Shown here: positions 24,281-31,802 of the stretch, in pieces
Layout of the letters: the number at the start of each line of letters is the position of its first letter
Numbering within the stretch: the stretch's first letter is position 1
Assembly: GCA_031316235.1 (NCBI GenBank)
Contig: JALDRA010000001.1
Coordinates: 990,001 to 1,022,000, forward strand
Source of the DNA: Candidatus Scalindua sp.
GTDB lineage: Bacteria > Planctomycetota > Brocadiia > Brocadiales > Scalinduaceae
Direction: 5' to 3'
Length of the DNA: 32,000 nucleotides
Position numbers and translations under genes: made by a program
Notes under the pieces: model-generated
Databases searched by the model: none
What the model saw: the letters and a program-made list of their open reading frames with translations, nothing else
Told to the model about the DNA's origin: nothing

Positions 24281-25489
24281 ATGTCAAAAGTCGTTGTTAC
24301 GGGTCTGGGATTAGTATTAGCCAATGGTATTGGGGTGAAAAATGCATGGGAAGCGCTTATTCACGGCAAAGATGGCTCAGGGGATGTCACATCATTTGAC
24401 ACCTCACAGTATAAGATTCATCGTGCATGTGAAGTTAAGGATTTCAAGACAGATGTAATATTTGAAAATGAAACTCCTGCCAATACGATCCACAAATATA
24501 CCTATTCAGCAGCCAGGGAAGCATTAAGAGATAGCGGTTTACATGACATCGCCAACTATAATTGCGAAAGGTTTGGTATTGCAATTGGAACGCTTGCAGG
24601 TGAACTCCCCCCATTTGAATATCTGTTACGCAATTCCCCTGAAGACAAAGCTAATGGTTTTGACATGAATATCGCTCTAACATACCCACCATCCTCAATA
24701 ACTTCCCTGCTCTCTGAAGATTTTGGTTTTGAAGGCCCCACTATGGTTTCATTAAATGCATGTTCTTCCGGCAACCACGCTATCGCATGGGCACATGATC
24801 TCCTGTTAAACGGGAAGGTTGATGTGATGCTCGTCGGCGGCGGTGAGTTGATACCGCAAACAGAATTTACCCATTTTCACAATTTAAAGGCTCTCGCTCC
24901 TGAAAAATGTCAGCCTTTTGACAGAGAGAGAAAGGGACTCATTATTGGAGAAGGTGCAGGAATTATGGTAATAGAAACCCTCGATTTTGCAAAAAAAAGA
25001 GGTGCGGGTATTTATGCGGAACTAAGGAGCTCTGGAATGAGTTGTGACGGCCACCACATGACGGCTCCACATCCTGAAGGCGCCGGTGCGATCAGGGCGA
25101 TGCTGGAAGCACTATCAGGTGCCCGGCTCTCATATAAGGATATTGATTATATTAGCGCACATGGCACAGGAACTCCCTTGAATGATCGAATGGAAACGAT
25201 GGCAATTAAATCCGTCTTTAAGGAAAGAGCAAAGAAGATTCCCGCTAGTTCAATAAAATCCATGATCGGCCATACAATGGGTGCAGCGAGCGCAATAGAA
25301 TCGGTCGTAAGCTGTCTCTCGATCAGGAATAACATAATCCCCCCTACGATAAACTATGAAACACCTGATCCTGAATGTGATTTAGATTATGTGCCGAACG
25401 AAGGAAGAGAACTCAAGGTAAATTGCGTATTGAATAATTCCTTCGCATTCGGCGGAAACAATGTCACGAATATTTTCAGCAGATTTTAG
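24281..25489 (+). CDS. Beta-ketoacyl synthase (FabF/KS-alpha type, catalytically competent)
   Basis: Active-site Cys in SLNACSSGNHAI and both His in ISAHGTGTPLND and KSMIGHTMGAASA. Good SD (GAAGGA) upstream of the ATG. Confidence 0.9.
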   Translation: MSKVVVTGLGLVLANGIGVKNAWEALIHGKDGSGDVTSFDTSQYKIHRACEVKDFKTDVIFENETPANTIHKYTYSAAREALRDSGLHDIANYNCERFGIAIGTLAGELPPFEYLLRNSPEDKANGFDMNIALTYPPSSITSLLSEDFGFEGPTMVSLNACSSGNHAIAWAHDLLLNGKVDVMLVGGGELIPQTEFTHFHNLKALAPEKCQPFDRERKGLIIGEGAGIMVIETLDFAKKRGAGIYAELRSSGMSCDGHHMTAPHPEGAGAIRAMLEALSGARLSYKDIDYISAHGTGTPLNDRMETMAIKSVFKERAKKIPASSIKSMIGHTMGAASAIESVVSCLSIRNNIIPPTINYETPDPECDLDYVPNEGRELKVNCVLNNSFAFGGNNVTNIFSRF

Positions 25490-25532
25490 TACACATTCTC
25501 AAACGCATCATTTTTTATGCGTTAGAAAATAA

Positions 25533-26765
25533 ATGAATAAAAAAACTGTAATTACTGGTATTGGTATTGTATCTCCAATTGGTATCGGCCATCGAGAGTT
25601 CTGGAAGAATCTTGTTTCGGGTAATTCCGGCATCACCCCAATGGAATCACTGGATCTTTCAAAATATGAATGCAGAAATGGGGCAGAAGTAAAGACGTTA
25701 AATCCGGCAGATTTTCTCGGGCACAAAGGGCTGAGATACCTGAACAAGGGAACTAAATTTCTTGCTTCCAGTATAAAATTGGCATTAGATGATGCAGACT
25801 TGAACATAGATGATGAGATATCATACCAGACGGGAATTTTAATAGGAACATCCCTGGGTAATTTTTCTCAAACCACAGATTATTTTCATGATATTGTCCG
25901 GGAGAACCCTTCCGGACTCTCACCGATGCAGAGCTATGATGTTGCACTGAATTCTTCAATTAACTACGCCTCCGTCTTTTTCAAGATAAAAGGTTTTGCC
26001 AGGACGATCTCTTCCGGCTTTACTTCGGGAATTGACGCAATCGGCAATGCACATAAATTAATTCAGAATGGGAAAGCAGACATAATCATAGCTGGTGGTG
26101 TTGAACAGATATCGCTGGACCTCTACATGATCTTTTTAATGAGAAAGATGTTGTCTGGTTCAAATGGCGGGGGCAAAGAGATCAGCATGCCGTTTGATAA
26201 AAGACGAAACGGCTTCATCATGAGTGAAGGCAGTTATGTATTCGTAATGGAAAATCTTGATTTTGCCTTGAGTCGCGGCGCAAAGGTGTATGGCGAAGTA
26301 TCGGGGTTTGGGACAATTTTTGCCGGAAACAAAAATTATGATACGAGAAAAAGATTCGAAAAAGCCACGTCCGCAATGCGGGCATGTACGGATGATGCAA
26401 AAGTATCGCTTCAGGATATCGACCTTATTAATGCCAGCGGGAATTCAGACCAATCATCAGACTTTATTGAGGCACAGGCTATTTGCAAACTGTTTGAAAC
26501 AAGAGGTAATGAAATACCGGTATGCGCAGTTAAATCTATTGTGGGAGAGTGCTATGGTGCCTCCGGAGCAATGCAAACGGCAGCATCAGTACTCTCGATT
26601 CAAAACAGTCTCATACCCCCGACAATCAACTGTGAAGAAAAAGACCCCGAGTGCAGCATAAACATAATTCATCAGAAACAAGCAGGAAACATAAGCACGG
26701 CGCTTGTTAATTCGTTTGATTACACTGGAAACAACTCCTGTTTGATTTTAAAGAAATATGAGTAA
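25533..26765 (+). CDS. KS paralogue lacking the catalytic triad (chain-length-factor / KS-beta-like)
   Basis: It aligns colinearly with the upstream KS, but ACSSG -> GFTSG (Cys->Phe), SAHGTGT -> NASGNSD (His->Ser) and IGHTMGA -> VGECYGA (His->Glu). The start lies 43 nt after the KS stop. Confidence 0.8.
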   Translation: MNKKTVITGIGIVSPIGIGHREFWKNLVSGNSGITPMESLDLSKYECRNGAEVKTLNPADFLGHKGLRYLNKGTKFLASSIKLALDDADLNIDDEISYQTGILIGTSLGNFSQTTDYFHDIVRENPSGLSPMQSYDVALNSSINYASVFFKIKGFARTISSGFTSGIDAIGNAHKLIQNGKADIIIAGGVEQISLDLYMIFLMRKMLSGSNGGGKEISMPFDKRRNGFIMSEGSYVFVMENLDFALSRGAKVYGEVSGFGTIFAGNKNYDTRKRFEKATSAMRACTDDAKVSLQDIDLINASGNSDQSSDFIEAQAICKLFETRGNEIPVCAVKSIVGECYGASGAMQTAASVLSIQNSLIPPTINCEEKDPECSINIIHQKQAGNISTALVNSFDYTGNNSCLILKKYE

Positions 26766-28803
26766 GTTATTTGACCCCATTAAAATAGGCAGTATTGAAA
26801 TTAAAAATAGACTTGCCATGTCTGCAATGGATCTAGGATTCACCTCGGATGGTTCGGTAAACGAGCGGTTTATTGATTTTTATGTCGAAAGAGCCCGGGG
26901 AGGAGTAGGTTTAATCGTAATAGGAGGATGTTATCCTGAGATGAATGGGAAGGTATGGAAGAGTATCATCGGCCTTGACAAAGACAGCTTTATACCGGGA
27001 TTAAAAAAGTTTGCAGATACGATGCACGAGAATGACGTTAAAGTTGCCGCCCAGCTCCTTCATGGAGGAAGAAGCGCCTCCTCTTTCTTTACAAAGATGC
27101 GCCCTGTTTCAGCATCAAGCCTGGCCCACGTCAACATAAAACAGGCACCACACGCTCTCACCATACCAGAGATCAAGAAGGTGATCAGGGGCTTTGCCGA
27201 TGCAACTGTACGATTAAAGAAGGCGGGCTTTGATGCGGTTGAGATCCATGGAGGTATGGGCTACCTGATTAATCAATTTCTTACCAGGGCAACGAATGAG
27301 AGGAATGACAGATATGGAGGGAGCCTTCAAAAGAGGATAAATTTTGCCAGGGAAATTGTGATTGCAATAAAAGAAAAAACCGGTAAACGTTTTCCCATTA
27401 TATTCCGCTTATCCGGTGACGATTTCATTGATAACGGGCTCAAGATTGATGAGAGTATTGAGATTGCGAAGGAACTGGAAAAGGCGGGTGTAGATGCATT
27501 CAATATATCTCCCGGTTGGCATGAGAGCCGAATTCCCATAATGCTTATGTCCATCCCGAGAATGTCCTACATCTTCTTGTCTGAGAAGATGAAAAACCAG
27601 GTAAATGTACCCGTCATTGGATCGGTAAGAGTAAACGATCTGGCATTAGCTGAAGAGATTCTGGATAATGGACAGTCAGACTTGATATCGATAGGAAGGC
27701 CCCTCATCGCCGACCCGGAATTACCCAAAAAGTACAGGAAGAAACAGTTCAATGATATCAGAAGGTGTATCGCCTGCAACCAGGGCTGTTTTGATTCACT
27801 GCTAAACTTCAAATCGGTAAGCTGCCTCTATAATGTCAGGGCCGGAAGAGAGCGGGAATTAAAGATCAGGAAGGCCGCGAAAAAGAAAAAGGTAATGATA
27901 ATCGGAGGTGGTCCTGGTGGTCTCGAAGCTGCAAGGGTTGCCGCCCTGCGAGGACATGATGTTTATTTATATGAGAAGAACAGCGTTCTTGGCGGACAAC
28001 TGAGATATGCCTCTATGCCCCCTGGAAGGGAAGAGATAGAAAACGTCATTACGTTTCTCGAGACACAGATAAAAAAATTAAACGTAAAAATTCAATTACA
28101 TGAAAAGGCTGATATTACGGCGATTAAGAAGTTAAAACCAGATGCCGTAATTGCCGCTATTGGAGGCAGCCCCATCATACCTCCTATTCCGGGCATAAAA
28201 GAGAAGAATGTTGTTGTTGCTGAGGAAATATTTGATAAAAAGGTAAAAGTCGGAAAAGAGGTGGTCATTATCGGCGGAGGGACAATTGGATGTGAGGTTG
28301 CCTTGCATATTGCAAAAATGGGAGCAATGAATCCTGAAGTAGCGTGTTATCTTCTGAGAAACAGGGTCATTAATGGTCAGGAGGCTGCAGAATATACCTC
28401 GCGGGGAAGAAGGAATATTACGATCCTGGAAATGAAGAACAAGATCGGTGGCTCTTTTGGCATCTCAACCCGATGGGTCATCATAAAGCAGGTGAAGGAT
28501 GCGGGGATTGAGTGTGTGACCGGTTTGAATATTAGAGAGATTATGACGAAAAAAAATGGAACAAGATCGACAGGAGTAGATTCACAAGATGCAAAAATCT
28601 GCGTAACCTTTGAAAAGGAGAAAAAAATACACTCGATTTTTGCCGATACCGTCGTCATAGCAGCTGGATACAAACCTAATCAAGACCTTATCAGTAAACT
28701 GGATGGAAAAATAGAAGAATTTTATAAAATAGGAGATTGCGTAAAGGTTCGGACTGCCCTTGAAGCCATTCATGAGGGATTTGAAGTCAGTTTAAAATTA
28801 TGA
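26758..28803 (+). CDS. FadH / 2-enoate reductase family flavoprotein (OYE-like TIM barrel + 4Fe-4S + FAD/NAD(P)H domains)
   Basis: N-terminal FDPIKIGSIEIKNRLAMSAM and HGGMGYLINQFL (old-yellow-enzyme fold), CIACNQGC (Fe-S), and the dinucleotide folds IIGGGPGGLEAA and VVIIGGGTIGCEVA. The start overlaps the CLF-like stop by 8 nt. Confidence 0.85.
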   Translation: MSKLFDPIKIGSIEIKNRLAMSAMDLGFTSDGSVNERFIDFYVERARGGVGLIVIGGCYPEMNGKVWKSIIGLDKDSFIPGLKKFADTMHENDVKVAAQLLHGGRSASSFFTKMRPVSASSLAHVNIKQAPHALTIPEIKKVIRGFADATVRLKKAGFDAVEIHGGMGYLINQFLTRATNERNDRYGGSLQKRINFAREIVIAIKEKTGKRFPIIFRLSGDDFIDNGLKIDESIEIAKELEKAGVDAFNISPGWHESRIPIMLMSIPRMSYIFLSEKMKNQVNVPVIGSVRVNDLALAEEILDNGQSDLISIGRPLIADPELPKKYRKKQFNDIRRCIACNQGCFDSLLNFKSVSCLYNVRAGRERELKIRKAAKKKKVMIIGGGPGGLEAARVAALRGHDVYLYEKNSVLGGQLRYASMPPGREEIENVITFLETQIKKLNVKIQLHEKADITAIKKLKPDAVIAAIGGSPIIPPIPGIKEKNVVVAEEIFDKKVKVGKEVVIIGGGTIGCEVALHIAKMGAMNPEVACYLLRNRVINGQEAAEYTSRGRRNITILEMKNKIGGSFGISTRWVIIKQVKDAGIECVTGLNIREIMTKKNGTRSTGVDSQDAKICVTFEKEKKIHSIFADTVVIAAGYKPNQDLISKLDGKIEEFYKIGDCVKVRTALEAIHEGFEVSLKL

Positions 28804-29600
28804 AAGACATACGAATGAACAGGGGTGACAATTCCGGATATCAGCACCTTGAGTATGAAGAGGTAGAGCTTAAGAACAACAGGTATGCCGGAGTCATCAA
28901 GATAAGGAAACCTCCCAGGAACTCTATTGGTTCATGGCTGTTAGATGCACTCTATGACAGGATCGATGCATATGAAAGTGATGATAAGATAGCAGCCATT
29001 ATTATCACAAGCAGCATACGGGGAGTCTTTTGTGATGGTGCGGACAGAAACGAACTGTTCGGCCCATGGATCTCGGGTTTGGTGGCCGAAAAAAACTACG
29101 ATAGATTTATGAGGGCACATGAGATGTATCTGGAGATAGAGAATTGCCAAAAACCTCTTATTGCCGCCCTCAACGGTGTTACCATAGGGGCAGGTCTTGA
29201 GCTCGCCCTTTTATGCGATTTCCGTATTGCTTCTGAAACCGCGTTTTTTAGTCTACCTGAGGCAAAACCTGAATTGAGCATAATACCGGGACTTGGAGGA
29301 ACTATCAGGCTGCCAAAGGTGATAGGTACCGCCCGGGCCAAGGAGATGTTGTATTCAGGTAAGATGATTCGTGCGAAAACAGCGCTTCAATGGGGTTTGG
29401 TGAATAAACTCGCACCTGTGAAGGGTGTCCTTAAAGAGGCGCTCGATTACGCCGAGGTACTGGCACAAAACAGCAGCAAGGCAATAAAGACAATGAAAAA
29501 GTGTATTAACTTTGCAATGGACCACGATACAAGGGAGGGGATAAAATATGAAGTTGGCCTCTTTGCAGAAATTATGCGGCAGAAGCTTGTAAAGACCTAG
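28800..29600 (+). CDS. Enoyl-CoA hydratase/isomerase (crotonase) family protein
   Basis: LIAALNGVTIGAGLELALLCDFRIA and FSLPEAKPELSIIPGLGGTIRLPK. Both canonical catalytic Glu positions appear to be present. ATGA overlap with the upstream reductase stop codon. Confidence 0.85.
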   Translation: MKDIRMNRGDNSGYQHLEYEEVELKNNRYAGVIKIRKPPRNSIGSWLLDALYDRIDAYESDDKIAAIIITSSIRGVFCDGADRNELFGPWISGLVAEKNYDRFMRAHEMYLEIENCQKPLIAALNGVTIGAGLELALLCDFRIASETAFFSLPEAKPELSIIPGLGGTIRLPKVIGTARAKEMLYSGKMIRAKTALQWGLVNKLAPVKGVLKEALDYAEVLAQNSSKAIKTMKKCINFAMDHDTREGIKYEVGLFAEIMRQKLVKT

Positions 29601-29613
29601 CCACGCAGGGTAC

Positions 29614-29727
29614 GTGGTTGAACGAGAACTATCCATCTTACTGCGTTGACGTCATAATTCCGTAATCCTCAGGTATATTCCGGTCACGAATTTATTATGC
29701 AGGTTGTACCCGGGAAGTTCCCGTTCA
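29614..29727 (+). promoter_or_regulatory. Conserved intergenic element, copy 2 (upstream of fabG)
   Basis: Same orientation and order of blocks as 24027-24146, with the identical 18-mer at 29654-29671. It ends 98 nt before the fabG ATG. Confidence 0.45.
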
Positions 29728-29825
29728 GCCACATTGTTTTGTTCAAACACCGGGTTTTCGTTCATGCACTCGTTAAGTTTTTTTGGTAATTTTTTATCAC
29801 TATATTTTCTCCTGGAGGCAAAGAG

Positions 29826-30563
29826 ATGAAAGATAAAGCAGCAATAGTAACAGGCGGCACTAGAGGTATCGGTCGGGCTATAGTCCTGGAGTTAGCAAGA
29901 AATGGGTGTAATGTTGCCTTTAATTATGCAAAGAGCGGGGATCTGGCAAAAGCCCTTGTAACAGAAGTCGAGTCACTCGGTGTCAAGGCCCTGGCAAAAC
30001 AGGCAGACGTGGCAGATTTTGAAGCAGCAAAGAATATGGTGACTGAAGTTAAGGAAGAATTCGGGCAGATTGATTTTTTGATCAACAATGCCGGTGTGAC
30101 CAGGGACAAGCTCCTGGCATTAATGAAAGAGAGCGACTGGGATGATGTGATCAACACCAACCTGAAAAGTGTCTACAACTTTTCCAAGGCAGTAATTATG
30201 ACCATGGTCAAACAGAAGAGCGGGAGCATACTCAACATTACGTCAGTAAGTGGAATTGCCGGAGTGGCGGGACAGACTAACTACTCCGCATCAAAGGCTG
30301 GCGTCATCGGCTTTACTAAGGCCCTGGCCAAGGAAGTTGGAAAGGCAAAAATAAATGTAAATGCTATTGCGTGTGGATTCATTGAGACCGATATGACAGC
30401 TTCACTCCCGGAAGAGTATAAGAATAAGATGATAGATATGACGTCTCTCAAACGATTTGGGAACCCTGAAGAGATAGCCAGGATTGCTTCATTCATGCTC
30501 TCAGAAGACGCAAAATATATTACCGGACATGTTCTCACCGTTGATGGTGGATTGGCATTATAA
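29826..30563 (+). CDS. fabG: 3-oxoacyl-[ACP] reductase (SDR)
   Basis: TGGTRGIGRAI cofactor motif, NNAG, catalytic Ser (ITSVSG) and YSASKAG. 245 aa. Strong SD (GGAGG). Confidence 0.9.
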   Translation: MKDKAAIVTGGTRGIGRAIVLELARNGCNVAFNYAKSGDLAKALVTEVESLGVKALAKQADVADFEAAKNMVTEVKEEFGQIDFLINNAGVTRDKLLALMKESDWDDVINTNLKSVYNFSKAVIMTMVKQKSGSILNITSVSGIAGVAGQTNYSASKAGVIGFTKALAKEVGKAKINVNAIACGFIETDMTASLPEEYKNKMIDMTSLKRFGNPEEIARIASFMLSEDAKYITGHVLTVDGGLAL

Positions 30564-30600
30564 ATCTGTTCCTTTAACCCGCAGTAATGAAACAGTCTGG

Positions 30601-30696
30601 CTGGTTGCTGGTATCACCGGACAAAAAAACGCCGAGGACTTTACCTGCTCCGTTTTTTGCCGGATTTTACCCGAAATCCAGTATGAGATGAGTATA
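30601..30696 (-). repeat. Dispersed structured intergenic repeat, copy E (reverse orientation, 5' and central modules only)
   Basis: The reverse complement reads TATACTCATCTCATACTGGATTTCGGGTAAAATCCGGCAAAAAACGGAGCAGGTAAAGTCCTCGGCGTTTTTTTGTCCGGTGATACC... The canonical 3' hairpin is absent. Confidence 0.75.
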
Positions 30697-30802
30697 ATTA
30701 GAGAAAATTGTTCATGGTTCAGATGTACCGGTCTCTGTAATACGTGACTTCCAATCTCATCAGCCTGGTACATCTGGTAAAAATAAAAGGAGCGAATCTA
30801 GA

Positions 30803-31114
30803 ATGATTTTTTTATTAAAGGTACAAATAAAAAAAATACCAGATGTCCCCGTTAAAGATTTTCTGGGCATCGTGGTCAAGGAGTGGGAATATTTCTTGAG
30901 GATGAAGAGAAGGGGCAAGATCCTTGCCGGTGGTAAATTGGCCGGTGGAAGAGGGGCCGCCGCCATTATTGAGGCTGACTCTAATGAGGAGCTGGACCAG
31001 ATCGTTGCAAACCTGCCGCTTTTTCCTTTTTTTACCGATATTGAAATCACCCCCCTGGTTTCTACGGAAAAAGCCCTGACCGACGTTAAACGGGTTCATT
31101 CGCTCATGAAGTGA
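30803..31114 (+). CDS. Muconolactone delta-isomerase-like (dimeric alpha+beta barrel) small protein
   Basis: 103 aa. LPLFPFFTDIEITPL matches the conserved LPLFPYMDIEV region of muconolactone isomerases as I recall it, and the N-terminal MIFLLKVQIK matches their MLF.V.M start. Strong SD (AAGGAG). Confidence 0.55.
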   Translation: MIFLLKVQIKKIPDVPVKDFLGIVVKEWEYFLRMKRRGKILAGGKLAGGRGAAAIIEADSNEELDQIVANLPLFPFFTDIEITPLVSTEKALTDVKRVHSLMK

Positions 31115-31529
31115 ATATTATACTGAAGCTGATTATCAACAGAGAGAACACAGAGAGATGCGAAAAAACAGGCATGATGGTTCGAGCCATTTATCCATAG
31201 ATCAAGTTTGATCCAGATAACAATAATTTATATTATTAGTGACGCACTTGTCCTTTGTTGGTATACTGGTAAACAGTAATTGATGTGATGTGATCTTTTC
31301 CCATGGGTTACTCCGCAAGGGAATCTTTATGAGTCGGTTTATCAGTATGATTGTAAGATATCATGAACTTGCTCTGAGTGGGGAATCGGGCACTAGCACA
31401 CGTGACCTGCACATGGTGTGGCACGTGAAATAAAGAATAAGCCGACAGTCGGCTTTCGCTATCTAAAAATTTGTGTGCTTGGTTTTCTATAGCGTAATCT
31501 CAATCAACACTCATAAAAAAGGAAGATGA

Positions 31530-31802
31530 ATGAATATTTATGTGGGAAACCTGCCATACAGCGTAACTGAAGCCGATTTGAAAGAGACGTTTTCAGCGTT
31601 TGGTGAAGTAGCGAGTGCGTCTCTTGTCAGTGACAAGTTTTCAGGGCAATCCAAAGGTTTTGGGTTTGTTGAAATGCCAAACAACTCGGAAGCAGACGCT
31701 GCGATCAAGGCTCTGAATGAAAGCGACTTGCAAGGAAGAAATATCAAGGTAAATCAGGCTAAACCAAAAGGTGATAGCCCCCAGCGCAGGCCAAGATATT
31801 AA
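31530..31802 (+). CDS. RRM-type RNA-binding protein
   Basis: RNP2 IYVGNL and RNP1 KGFGFVEM. 90 aa, with a short basic tail. Confidence 0.9.
   Translation: MNIYVGNLPYSVTEADLKETFSAFGEVASASLVSDKFSGQSKGFGFVEMPNNSEADAAIKALNESDLQGRNIKVNQAKPKGDSPQRRPRY

Noticed and set aside
904-30696. Possibility that the recurring sequence is a CRISPR array or tRNA-like gene family
   Set aside because: Units are over 100 nt, kilobases apart, in both orientations and not separated by regular short spacers. No cloverleaf or GTTCGAATC-type T-arm is visible.
31329-31433. 34-codon ORF (MSRFISMIVRYHELALSGESGTSTRDLHMVWHVK) with an AAGGGA 6 nt upstream, followed 5 nt later by a hairpin
   Set aside because: It has no recognisable motif and is short enough to occur by chance in a 415-nt spacer. 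It cannot be supported without conservation or Ribo-seq data.
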